Source: Nitrosopumilus sp. (GTDB lineage Archaea; Thermoproteota; Nitrososphaeria; Nitrososphaerales; Nitrosopumilaceae). From it: a stretch of DNA of 64,000 bases. Within the stretch, counting starts at the first letter, position 1. Every line of letters begins with the position of its first letter. The notes below the pieces were generated by a model. The model had not been told where the DNA came from. It ran no database searches and saw only the letters and a list, made by a program, of their open reading frames with translations. Of this stretch, positions 30,360 to 39,746 are shown piece after piece. Where the stretch lies: assembly GCA_965224195.1 (NCBI GenBank), contig OZ245040.1:192001-256000 (forward strand), written 5' to 3'. Made by a program: the position numbers and the translations under genes.

Positions 30360-31805
30360 TTGAATTCAGATCAAGTATTACAGACTATTCAAGACGAAAA
30401 TATATCGTTCATAGATTTTTGGTTTGTAGATATTTTTGGTGAACTCCATAATGTTGGAATGCCAAGCTATGCAATTGGCAAAAATAGTTTTGTAAATGGT
30501 CTTGAAAAATTAGATGCAAGTTCAATTGTTGGTTTTAAATCTGTAAATAACTCTGATATGATTTTAATGCCTGATCCAAAATCATTCAAAATTCTTCCTA
30601 ATGATTATGATCCAGGTAATAGAAAAAATGCAAGAATTTTTTGTGATCTTTATGATGGAAGTACAAGCAAGGAATCAAGATACACTAGAGATTCTAGAGG
30701 TATAGCTTTCAAAGCATCAGAGAAATTAAAAGAATTTGGATTAACTCATACTAATTGGGGTCCTGAGATAGAATTTTTTGTTTTTGATGCAATCAATGTT
30801 TATCCATCTCCGTATGCAGCAACTCATTTTGGAGGAGGTTCAGGTTATTCAATTGAATCCAAAGAATCCCCTTGGGCAAAAGGAAATATTAGTACTGCAA
30901 TTGATATCAAAGAAGGGTACTATCCATCACAGCCAAAAGATACTCTTAATGGTTTTAGGAAAGATGTTTGTGAAGATTTATACAATTATTTTGGAATAAA
31001 AATTGAAGCTGAGCATCATGAAGTTGCAACTTCTGGTCAATGTGAAATCAATTTAGTTTATGATGAAATGATTACTATGGCTGATAATGTTATTGCAGTT
31101 AAAAATTTAGTAAAAGTTAAAGCTAAGAGAAAAAATAAAGTTGCAACCTTTATGCCAAAACCAATTTTTGGCGATAATGCATCTGCTATGCATACACATC
31201 AAAGTCTATGGAATGAAAATAAAAATGAAATGTACGATCAAAATGATGATGTCGCACAAATGAGTCAAATTGGTAGATATTATGTTGGTGGAATTCTAAG
31301 TCATGCTTCAGCATTATGTGCGATATCAAATCCTACAACAAATTCATACAAACGTCTTGTTCCTGGATTTGAAGCACCAGTCAATGTTTGTTGGGGATTA
31401 GCAAATCGTTCTACAGCTATTAGAGTTCCAATGTATAATAGAAATCAAGAAAAAAGTAAGAGAATTGAATATCGTGTACCTGATCCAACTGCAAATATCT
31501 ATCTTTTAGAAGCTGCATTATTACTCGCAGGACTAGATGGAATTAAAAATAAAATCGATCCCGGTGATCCAGTTGAAGAAAATGTCTATAAACTTTCTAC
31601 AGAAAAGAAACGAGAATATAACATTGGATCTTTACCTGTATCTTTGAAAGGCGCATTAGATTCTTTGTCTAGTGATTCAAATTTCTTGATAGATGTTTTC
31701 ACAAAAGATTTTCTAGATGCATATTCTGAATTAAAATATAAAGAATATACTGCATTTGCACAAACCCCTACAGCCTGGGAAGTTTCAATGTATGCAGATG
31801 CATAA
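30360..31805 (+). CDS. glnA: Glutamine synthetase type I family (copy 2, divergent)
   Basis: LDASS, GPEIEFF, HHEVATSGQCEI, MPKPIFGDNASAMH, RLVPGFEAP, RIEYRVPD. Confidence 0.9.
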   Translation: MNSDQVLQTIQDENISFIDFWFVDIFGELHNVGMPSYAIGKNSFVNGLEKLDASSIVGFKSVNNSDMILMPDPKSFKILPNDYDPGNRKNARIFCDLYDGSTSKESRYTRDSRGIAFKASEKLKEFGLTHTNWGPEIEFFVFDAINVYPSPYAATHFGGGSGYSIESKESPWAKGNISTAIDIKEGYYPSQPKDTLNGFRKDVCEDLYNYFGIKIEAEHHEVATSGQCEINLVYDEMITMADNVIAVKNLVKVKAKRKNKVATFMPKPIFGDNASAMHTHQSLWNENKNEMYDQNDDVAQMSQIGRYYVGGILSHASALCAISNPTTNSYKRLVPGFEAPVNVCWGLANRSTAIRVPMYNRNQEKSKRIEYRVPDPTANIYLLEAALLLAGLDGIKNKIDPGDPVEENVYKLSTEKKREYNIGSLPVSLKGALDSLSSDSNFLIDVFTKDFLDAYSELKYKEYTAFAQTPTAWEVSMYADA

Positions 31806-31875
31806 TTGGTACAAACATCAATAATTTTATGAAAATTAGTAGAACATTTTTAAAATCAAATTTGGTTTTTTTAGT

Positions 31876-32529
31876 ATGAAATTAGAACTAATGATTTTAT
31901 TTTTATTTCTTGTTCCTGGTATAGCTGGAATTGCTTATGGACATACCGTAGATGCTGTAGGTGAATATAGAATAGAAATTGGTTGGATGAACGAACCTGT
32001 GGTATCAGGAGAAACTAATGCAATAGAATTCTATGTTAGTCCACTAATAACTTGTCCAGAAATTTCTGAAGCATCCAAATGTGCAGAATCTCAAAAATTT
32101 CAGAATGGAATTTCAGATTTGAGAAAAACTGTTAAAATAAAATTAATTTACAAAGATGAAAACATTACACTTCCTTTATCACCTGATCATAATATCCCAG
32201 GAAAATATTATGCATTTGTAAATCCAACTGTTTCTGGATTTTACCAAGCAAATATTTTAGGAACAATTATTGACACTCCAATTAGTTTATCCATGCATCC
32301 TCCAAAAGTTGATGAACGTTCTTACATTGAATTCCCTGAACCTGCAGATATAACAATAACACAAATGATTGATGGTCATACTGCATTAATTGAAGATGTA
32401 AGTGATTTGAAAGACTCAGTATCTATTATTGAAGAAACAAAATCAAATAGTATTGGATATCTTGGAATGGGCATTGGAATTATTGGAATTGCAATTGCAA
32501 TAATTGCCTTAGTAAAATCAAAGAATTAA
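31876..32529 (+). CDS. Exported protein with C-terminal membrane anchor
   Basis: Signal peptide ending AYG|H, beta-rich domain, C-terminal TM. Confidence 0.7.
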   Translation: MKLELMILFLFLVPGIAGIAYGHTVDAVGEYRIEIGWMNEPVVSGETNAIEFYVSPLITCPEISEASKCAESQKFQNGISDLRKTVKIKLIYKDENITLPLSPDHNIPGKYYAFVNPTVSGFYQANILGTIIDTPISLSMHPPKVDERSYIEFPEPADITITQMIDGHTALIEDVSDLKDSVSIIEETKSNSIGYLGMGIGIIGIAIAIIALVKSKN

Positions 32530-32609
32530 TTAGATTTTTCCATATTCTTGATATTCTATGTAATAACCTACAAGTATAGGAATTTGAAAAAATATCATTG
32601 GTATAGAAT

Positions 32610-33755
32610 ATGGTAGAAAGCAATTATGATATTTTGGGAATTATTGAGGGTTCAACTGAGAAAGATATTCGAGATGCATTTAGACGATTAGCTCTTCAAT
32701 ATCACTCAGATCGTGGAGGAGAAAATGAACAATTTATAAAAATTAAACAAGCATATGACGATCTAAAAATTGGTAAAAAATATCCAGAAACAGATTATGA
32801 AAAATTAAAAAACTCTAAAGTATATTCCGATGAATCTGAGGCTGATGTAAGAAGAAAAAATCAGATTTTAGGTCAGGAATTATTCAAAGAAATGAAAACC
32901 GCTGAAGAATGGGCTTCTGTTTTAAATAATTCAAACACTACTGCATCTAGATTATTTGGTTCAAAAACTCTTGGAGAAATTGAGTTAGAACGAAAAGCAA
33001 ATGGTGCTTTATCAATAAAGGGAAATTTCATGGCAGGAACATTTTCTTTTGACGGTCCAATAATTATGCAAGGAAGTATTACTAGTCCATCATGGACAAA
33101 AGAATATCAAACAAATATTCATCTAACTAAAGGAGATTTCAAATTTATTAATCCGTTAGAAAATAAACACAAAATTGATAATGGTGCAAAAATTACTGTT
33201 GATAATGGAAATATAATAATTGGAAATGTTTATGGAAGAAAATTTAAAATTGAAGATCCTATTCGTGTAGGAGTTTTCCAAATTCAAGAACATAGAACTC
33301 ACATATTAGCTCCAAATGGAAAAATCATTGCTGAAAACCTTGCAAATACAGTATTACTTGAAGCAGATTCTGTTATAGTTTTGAATGTTGAAGATGATGT
33401 TACTATATCTGGTAGAGAAATTTTATTTTATGGTGGAAAATTAACTTTTGATTCTAAAATTATTTTAAAAGAGGGTGGAACAATACGATTTTTTGAGAAT
33501 TTTTCTATTCAAGGTTTGAGTGGTGATGCAATAATTAAATTAGAAAATGGTAAAAAAATTAGATTATTTGATCTTAAAACTAAAAAAATTAAAGATTTGG
33601 CAGATAAATTTGTACTTAACAAAGAGAATTACAACAAAGATGCTACTATGGTAGGTCATGGATTTACTATAACATATGCAATGCTAGATAATCTTTCATT
33701 GAAACCTGCTAAAAAACAAGGATGGGCATCAAAATTTGGATTCTCTAAAAAATAA
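32610..33755 (+). CDS. J-domain protein with long beta-rich C-terminal region
   Basis: NYDILG..DIRDAFRRLALQYHSDRGG..F.KIKQAYD. Confidence 0.8.
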   Translation: MVESNYDILGIIEGSTEKDIRDAFRRLALQYHSDRGGENEQFIKIKQAYDDLKIGKKYPETDYEKLKNSKVYSDESEADVRRKNQILGQELFKEMKTAEEWASVLNNSNTTASRLFGSKTLGEIELERKANGALSIKGNFMAGTFSFDGPIIMQGSITSPSWTKEYQTNIHLTKGDFKFINPLENKHKIDNGAKITVDNGNIIIGNVYGRKFKIEDPIRVGVFQIQEHRTHILAPNGKIIAENLANTVLLEADSVIVLNVEDDVTISGREILFYGGKLTFDSKIILKEGGTIRFFENFSIQGLSGDAIIKLENGKKIRLFDLKTKKIKDLADKFVLNKENYNKDATMVGHGFTITYAMLDNLSLKPAKKQGWASKFGFSKK

Positions 33756-33769
33756 TTGGGTTTGAAGGC

Positions 33770-34756
33770 TTATTTTTTTCTTTTAACTTTAAAAATACTA
33801 TAACCATATTTTTCTTCCATTTCGTTTGATGTAAATTTTGCAAATTCGTATTCTTTAAAGTTCTTTAAAATTTCATATAAATTAATTCCAATTATAACAC
33901 TATTTCTTGGGCAAAGTGAATTTATCTTAAAACATCTATTCACTGTAGGTCCAAAAATATCAGAAATATTTGAAGTAGTACTTTGAGCAACTTTTACCGA
34001 ACCATACGTTGCACTAATTTTATAATCTAATTCTGGCATATTTTCTGCTTTAAGTTGTTTTTTTAACTCGTCATGAGAATCAATCATTGATAAGCAGCAT
34101 TCTAAAATATTTTTCATTTCTATAGGATTATTTGGATCAACATTTGGAAATCTAAACATTAAAGCATCCCCGATATTTTTTACTACTTCACCATTATGAT
34201 TTTTCACAATTTTTGCCATAAAATTAAGAAAAATTTCATATAATTTTGTAATGCTTTCATCTGATAATTCACTTGAGATTTTGGTAGAATCTTTCATGTC
34301 AATAACTCCAACACAATCGTTTTGAGTGTGTTGAGAAAATTTTAATAAAATATCTTCTTGTTGTTTAATGACTTCTTCTTTTTCTTTAATTTCAAACAAT
34401 GATTCTTGTAATTTCTGTGCCATTGAATCAAAAGATGAAGATAGATGTCCTATTTCATCATGTGATTTTATGTTAGTTCTAACACTAAAATCTCCATGTG
34501 AAATTTTATTTGCTGCATCACTAAGCTTTGTGATTGGTTTAGAAAGACGTTTTGAAAGAAAATATGTTAGAATACTTAATCCTATCATCAGTGTTATACC
34601 AATCCATATGATGTTCTCTTGTAGTTCAAAAATTGGTATATTATCAAAATTTAAGAATAGAATAGTAGTAATTGAAATTGAAATTAAAGTTGCAGATAAA
34701 ACTAAGACCAGTAATTTTTTTTGTAAACTAAAAAATATTGTTTTCTTCATATTCAT
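33770..34756 (-). CDS. Membrane HAMP / class III adenylate cyclase
   Basis: 2 TM, HAMP (PITKL..DEIGHL..FDSM), GVIDMKDST, KNIGDALM, DIFGPTVN. Confidence 0.88.
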   Translation of the reverse strand: MNMKKTIFFSLQKKLLVLVLSATLISISITTILFLNFDNIPIFELQENIIWIGITLMIGLSILTYFLSKRLSKPITKLSDAANKISHGDFSVRTNIKSHDEIGHLSSSFDSMAQKLQESLFEIKEKEEVIKQQEDILLKFSQHTQNDCVGVIDMKDSTKISSELSDESITKLYEIFLNFMAKIVKNHNGEVVKNIGDALMFRFPNVDPNNPIEMKNILECCLSMIDSHDELKKQLKAENMPELDYKISATYGSVKVAQSTTSNISDIFGPTVNRCFKINSLCPRNSVIIGINLYEILKNFKEYEFAKFTSNEMEEKYGYSIFKVKRKK

Positions 34757-34851
34757 TATTGAAAATAACTTAAAGTATTTAATTATCTAAATTATGCAGA
34801 TGCTGTTAAAATTTAAAATAATAAAAAGAAATTAAAAATTGACGAACTAAT

Positions 34852-35151
34852 CTAATCGATTAATTCAGTCCAACCTTTGACGAAGACTGAGTTTTTATAG
34901 AGTGGAACTGGTTGTCCAACTGTAAAGTCCATTGGTCGCATCCAAAAGATTGCTTTTGTTGGGCATACACCAATGCATGCACCATCTGAAATACATCTTT
35001 CTGGGTAGAAGACAAATGCTTTACCTCTTTTCCAGCCTTCAACTGGTTTTACTCTAAGGACATCTGGTCCAAGTGTGGTACAGATTTCTACACATAGTGC
35101 GCATCCGATACACATTTGTTCGCTGATGTCTGGAATAATTCCTACTGGCAT
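34852..35151 (-). CDS. Ferredoxin (dicluster type)
   Basis: CIGCALCVEIC and CISDGACIGVCP. Confidence 0.92.
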   Translation of the reverse strand: MPVGIIPDISEQMCIGCALCVEICTTLGPDVLRVKPVEGWKRGKAFVFYPERCISDGACIGVCPTKAIFWMRPMDFTVGQPVPLYKNSVFVKGWTELID

Positions 35152-35205
35152 AACAAAATTAATTCCTGATTTGATCTTTATATAATTTGCCTAAAAATAT
35201 CACGC

Positions 35206-35238
35206 TATAACGGCGTTTGATATTTTATAACGGCGTTT
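35206..35238. promoter_or_regulatory. Tandem 13-bp operator-like repeat upstream of the ferredoxin promoter
   Basis: TATAACGGCGTTT at 35206 and 35226; TATA-like TTATATAAA (minus strand) at 35177-35185. Confidence 0.65.
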
Positions 35239-35263
35239 CATTTTTGATCGCTATCTTAGATCT

Positions 35264-35851
35264 TTATTTCATTTGTTTTTCTATATTACTAATTATCAAG
35301 TCATTTTCAGTTTTTTTAAGAAAATAAACACCTGTTTTTTCTGATTTAATGATGTGTCTTCCACCTGGTGAAAGAATCCATCCATCATTTTCTTTTATTC
35401 GGGCTATTCCAGTTATTACAACAGATGATTTAACATGATTTCCAATTGACGAGAGTAACATTACACATGAATTAATGAATATGGCAGATTCTAAATCATC
35501 AAACAAATTGTAGACCCCATTAAAGGAGTCAATAATTACTAAAAATTTATCTTTTGATACTTTGGAAATAATTTCTGAGAATTTTTCTTTCCAATTTGCT
35601 TTATCTGGGTAAAAAATTGTTAGATTTTCTTTTTTCTGAATCATTTTAGATTCTACATATCCAGTGTAAAGTAAATCCATGTCAATGAAAATTATTGGAT
35701 CATCTGTTGAATTGATTAATTTGTTAAGAAATTCTATTTTATGGAATGGTTTTGAACATAAAACAATATTTGGATTGTTTTGTTCAAATTTAATTTGAAT
35801 TTGTGTTAAATCATTACCTATGACTTGCTCAGGATTTTTATCCAACACCAA
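35264..35851 (-). CDS. Hypothetical protein, degenerate RecA-like fold
   Basis: IIFIDMD and LVIIDSF strands, no Walker A. Confidence 0.55.
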   Translation of the reverse strand: MVLDKNPEQVIGNDLTQIQIKFEQNNPNIVLCSKPFHKIEFLNKLINSTDDPIIFIDMDLLYTGYVESKMIQKKENLTIFYPDKANWKEKFSEIISKVSKDKFLVIIDSFNGVYNLFDDLESAIFINSCVMLLSSIGNHVKSSVVITGIARIKENDGWILSPGGRHIIKSEKTGVYFLKKTENDLIISNIEKQMK

Positions 35852-35874
35852 ATTAGCATTCTACAGACATAATA

Positions 35875-37026
35875 ATGAATTTAGTATCTAAAGACATTTC
35901 AGGTGATTTTCCAACTTCAGAGAAAATCTATCTCAATAATGCATCTGTTTCTTTAATGCCCACTCAAAGTATTGAGGCGATGAAAGAATTTTTAATCTCA
36001 TACAATTCCATTGGTCCTGATTCAAAAGATTCAGAACCATTTGTTAATGATAAACTACGAAATGTAAGAAAAACTATGGCAAAAATCATTTCTTGTCAAC
36101 CTGATGAGGTGGTTCTCACTCAAAGTACTACTGATGGAATTAACTTTGTAGCAAATGGATTATCTTTTGATGATGACTCTAATATGATAATTCGTGGAAT
36201 GACACACGAACATCATTCAAATTTTTATCCATGGATTAAATTACAAGAAAAAATTTCTATACAAAATTTACCTATTGATGATAATGGTTTTTTTAAATTA
36301 GATGATTTAAAATCACTTGTTAATGATAAGACAAAACTAGTTGCACTTAGTCATGTATTGTATAATACTGGTGCAATCATACCTGTAGAAGAAATAGGAA
36401 AAATTCTTGAAGACAAGGTTCCGTTTTTCATTGATAGTGCACAAAGTATAGGTTGTATTGGAGATATTGATGTTTCAAAAATTAAATGTGATTTCATGTC
36501 ATTTAATGGATCTAAATGGCTTTGTGGTCCTATGGGTACGGGATTATTTTACTGTAAAAGAAGTTCTAGTAAACTATTAGAGCCCAAAACTATTGGTGGT
36601 GAATCTGCAATTATTTATGATGATTCCAAGTTAGCATACAAAGAATTACCAGATAAATTTCAAACAGGATTTAGAAATTATGTAGGAATTGTTGGATTAG
36701 AATCATCTGCAAATTATTTATTAAAATTTGGAATGAATAACATTCGTGAAAAAAATCAATACTTGTCTAATATTTTTAGAGAAGAATTATCAAAAATTCC
36801 AAATATTATTTTGTATGGGCCAGATGATCCAAATCTTAGAACAAGTATTGTTTCTTTTAACATCAAAGGATTTGATTCACAACATGTTGTTGATAAACTT
36901 GAAAAACAAAATATCATTTTAGCAGTAAGAGAAATTATGGATCAAAAGATAGTACGAGTATCTCCACATTTTTTTAATACTGAATCTCAGATTTTAGATG
37001 TAATTGATAAAATAAAGAAATTATAG
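35875..37026 (+). CDS. Class V PLP aminotransferase / cysteine desulfurase-like
   Basis: YLNNAS, EHHSN, DSAQS, GSKWLCGPMGTG, RVSPHFFN. Confidence 0.9.
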   Translation: MNLVSKDISGDFPTSEKIYLNNASVSLMPTQSIEAMKEFLISYNSIGPDSKDSEPFVNDKLRNVRKTMAKIISCQPDEVVLTQSTTDGINFVANGLSFDDDSNMIIRGMTHEHHSNFYPWIKLQEKISIQNLPIDDNGFFKLDDLKSLVNDKTKLVALSHVLYNTGAIIPVEEIGKILEDKVPFFIDSAQSIGCIGDIDVSKIKCDFMSFNGSKWLCGPMGTGLFYCKRSSSKLLEPKTIGGESAIIYDDSKLAYKELPDKFQTGFRNYVGIVGLESSANYLLKFGMNNIREKNQYLSNIFREELSKIPNIILYGPDDPNLRTSIVSFNIKGFDSQHVVDKLEKQNIILAVREIMDQKIVRVSPHFFNTESQILDVIDKIKKL

Positions 37027-37293
37027 GTTTTCTTGCTCTTCAATTACCATCATTGTTAGTGTAGATTGAACTTTGCTAATTTTTCTAACTTTGTTGGTAA
37101 TGATTGCACGTAATTTTTCGGCATCATCAGAAGTTAACTTTAGGACAATATCGTATACTCCATACACACCCTGAACTTCATATTTCACATTTTCTTCTGC
37201 AAGAATTTGTTTTACTTCGTTGATGATTGATTCATCTGATCCTAAATCAGAATTTAACAGAACATATGCTGTAGGCACAAGGGGTTTTTTCAT
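37021..37293 (-). CDS. Stand-alone Lrp/AsnC ligand-binding (RAM) domain
   Basis: AYVLLN, VYGVYDIV, VQSTLT. Confidence 0.88.
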   Translation of the reverse strand: MKKPLVPTAYVLLNSDLGSDESIINEVKQILAEENVKYEVQGVYGVYDIVLKLTSDDAEKLRAIITNKVRKISKVQSTLTMMVIEEQENL

Positions 37294-37352
37294 GAGACAG
37301 TATTTAACCTTTCATTCTTTAAATTGATTAATCACCAATACGTTCTGATGAT

Positions 37353-37994
37353 GTGAAACCAATAGATTTGTCACTTACGATATCAGAATCTATCCCAAGT
37401 TTTCCTGGATCTCCAACTCCTCAATTCATTGATTGGTCAGATATAGAACATGATGGATATAATCTTGAACTATTATTCCTAAGTTCACATACAGGAACAC
37501 ATCTTGATGCACCATTTCATTTTGTTAAAAATGGTCTAAAAATTCATCAAATTCCTCTTGATAGACTCTTTGGAAAAGCAATTCTAATCAAACTCAAAAA
37601 ATCAAAGAATACTTCTATTACTAAATCAGATATTACACTATTTGAAAAAAAGAATGGTAAAATTCCAAACCATTCTTCAATTTTTTTCTTTACAGATTGG
37701 CAAAAAAATCTGAAAAAAAATAATTATTTTACTGAAAACCCTGGATTAGATACAACATCTGCGAAATATCTTGCATCTAAAAAAACTAATTTAGTTGGTA
37801 TTGATTCTCCAAGTATAGATCTTGGAAAAGATGAATCATTTTCTGTACATCATATATTATCTAAAAATAATATTTTGATTGTAGAAAATTTAGCAAACAT
37901 GAATAAAATACAATCTTTGGAATTTATTTTTACAATTCTTCCATTAAAGCTAAAAAATGCTACAGGTTCTCCTGTACGTGCAGTAGCATCATAA
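37353..37994 (+). CDS. Cyclase-family metal hydrolase (kynurenine formamidase-like)
   Basis: HTGTHLDAPFH, VGIDSPSID, IVENL, GSPVRA. Confidence 0.92.
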   Translation: MKPIDLSLTISESIPSFPGSPTPQFIDWSDIEHDGYNLELLFLSSHTGTHLDAPFHFVKNGLKIHQIPLDRLFGKAILIKLKKSKNTSITKSDITLFEKKNGKIPNHSSIFFFTDWQKNLKKNNYFTENPGLDTTSAKYLASKKTNLVGIDSPSIDLGKDESFSVHHILSKNNILIVENLANMNKIQSLEFIFTILPLKLKNATGSPVRAVAS

Positions 37995-38041
37995 TTACAC
38001 TATTACGTAATACTAAAAAACAGAACAATTCTAAATTTAAC

Positions 38042-38536
38042 ATGAGTAAACCTGGTAATATTTGGAGAAAGGTTCATGGTAAAATTACAAGAAAACCAAC
38101 TAATTTTTCTTGGCTAATTGAAGAAAAATTAGCAGGCTCAGGCATTCCAACAAGTTTGGATGAATTTGATTGGCTTCTAAATCAAGGCGTAAAATCAATT
38201 GTAACTATGACTGAGCAATCACTGCCAGATGAATGGGTTAAAAATATTGGATATCTTCATGTCCCAACTCCTGATTTGACAGCTCCTGATATGGATAGAA
38301 TAGATTTAGCAGTTGATTTCATAAATGAACAAATTAAAAATGATCAAGCAGTAATGGTTCATTGTGCAGCTGGAATGGGAAGAGCTGGAACAATACTTGC
38401 TTGTTATTTTATAAAATATAAAAAATTTTCAGCCAATGATGCAATTAAGAAAATTCGAGATGAAAGACAAGGATCAATTCAATCTGAAGTACAAGAATTA
38501 GCTATTGGATTTTATGAAAAACATGTAAGAAATTAG
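38042..38536 (+). CDS. Dual-specificity protein phosphatase
   Basis: VHCAAGMGRAGT. Confidence 0.93.
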   Translation: MSKPGNIWRKVHGKITRKPTNFSWLIEEKLAGSGIPTSLDEFDWLLNQGVKSIVTMTEQSLPDEWVKNIGYLHVPTPDLTAPDMDRIDLAVDFINEQIKNDQAVMVHCAAGMGRAGTILACYFIKYKKFSANDAIKKIRDERQGSIQSEVQELAIGFYEKHVRN

Positions 38537-38537
38537 T

Positions 38538-38684
38538 TTAAACAAATTCTGAAACTAATTTTCCATCTACAACTTTAATCTTCAAGGTTTTATCTTCTTG
38601 AAAAAATAAAGTCAATCCACCGTCTGCATCCGAATCTTCTACTTTAACAAGTTCTAACATTTTGATTGGGTCAAATTTTTCCAT
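38538..38684 (-). CDS. 48-aa hypothetical protein (paralog B, not in ORF track)
   Basis: MEKFDPIKMLELVKVEDSDADGGLTLFFQEDKTLKIKVVDGKLVSEFV; preceded by GGTGA SD-like motif. Confidence 0.75.
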   Translation of the reverse strand: MEKFDPIKMLELVKVEDSDADGGLTLFFQEDKTLKIKVVDGKLVSEFV

Positions 38685-38694
38685 TCACATTCAC

Positions 38695-38847
38695 CTATTC
38701 TGGGATTGATACGGTCTCAATTTTACCATCAACTGCTTTTATGAACATAAACCTGTTGTCTTTGAAGATAAAGGTAATTCCATCGTCTTTATCAGGTTCT
38801 TCAACTTCAAGTATTGGTTGTCCTAACAGACCATCGTATTTTGCCAT
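38695..38847 (-). CDS. 50-aa hypothetical protein (paralog A, not in ORF track)
   Basis: MAKYDGLLGQPILEVEEPDKDDGITFIFKDNRFMFIKAVDGKIETVSIPE; aligns with paralog B. Confidence 0.75.
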   Translation of the reverse strand: MAKYDGLLGQPILEVEEPDKDDGITFIFKDNRFMFIKAVDGKIETVSIPE

Positions 38848-38878
38848 TAATTATTACCCAAAAAAGTTCCTTATATCC

Positions 38879-39415
38879 CTAATTGATTGTAATCTCAATT
38901 TCCCTTGAGCTGTTTTTGATACTTCCAGTTTCTGTAAAGTCATGTTTTTGCCAAGATGCAAAAGCTTCTGCTCCGATCTTGTGTTTACCCTTTCCCAAAT
39001 CTGATGCTTTGAACACGAATTTCTCATTAAAGTCAAATAATTCCTGTCTAACTTTTTCTTCTGATAATCTGATAAATGGCTCAAAATTTTTGGCTATCTG
39101 TACCCAAATCCGTCTATCTTTCATTGGATTGACTAGTTTTGGATTTCGAGTCCAAAATATTGCTGCCTTTCTATAACTGTCAATGGTTCGTCCTAATTCC
39201 TTCTTTCTTAATCCACCTGATGTCAATTTTATACCATGTTTTACTTTGAATGAAACATCGTTGTTGTTGTAGGCTTTAGTCCAATTTGCCTCATTGAAGG
39301 CATTTCTAATGTCTCCTTCGATTGAAAATTGAACATTTATCTCTATATTTTCCTCAGATGAGTACTCATCCTTGGATTTTACTAATTCTATTACCGAAAT
39401 CTTGCTTTCTGTCAT
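38879..39415 (-). CDS. Hypothetical protein (beta-sandwich-like termini)
   Basis: 178-aa ORF filling the gap, typical composition. Confidence 0.7.
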   Translation of the reverse strand: MTESKISVIELVKSKDEYSSEENIEINVQFSIEGDIRNAFNEANWTKAYNNNDVSFKVKHGIKLTSGGLRKKELGRTIDSYRKAAIFWTRNPKLVNPMKDRRIWVQIAKNFEPFIRLSEEKVRQELFDFNEKFVFKASDLGKGKHKIGAEAFASWQKHDFTETGSIKNSSREIEITIN

Positions 39416-39466
39416 TGTTCCCGCTCATAATGATTTATATCCGCAATAAGTGCTTTTTCTGAATAC

Positions 39467-39745
39467 ATGAACGCAGAAGTAATCAGTTCTGAGCCTAAAG
39501 AGATCAGCCTTTCAATTACTGAAACTGATATTGGAATTTTATACATAGTTCAACATGAACTGCTAAAAGCATCATCTACTGATTTTGCAGGAGTTATTGT
39601 AAAACATCCTCTTACCAATGAATGTTGGATGAGAGTTAATTCTAGTTCAAAACCACTCGGTGAAATTAAAAAAGCAACAGATTCCGCAATCAAAATAGCT
39701 CAAGAATTCAATCAACTATTCCATTCTCAAATTAAGGTAAATTAG
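39467..39745 (+). CDS. rpoL: RNA polymerase subunit L (Rpo11)
   Basis: Size, FAG...HPL motif, position before tfs. Confidence 0.8.
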   Translation: MNAEVISSEPKEISLSITETDIGILYIVQHELLKASSTDFAGVIVKHPLTNECWMRVNSSSKPLGEIKKATDSAIKIAQEFNQLFHSQIKVN

Positions 39746-39746
39746 A

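Noticed and set aside
38666-38908. 80-aa plus-strand ORF
   Set aside because: Antisense shadow of the better-supported minus-strand micro-ORFs
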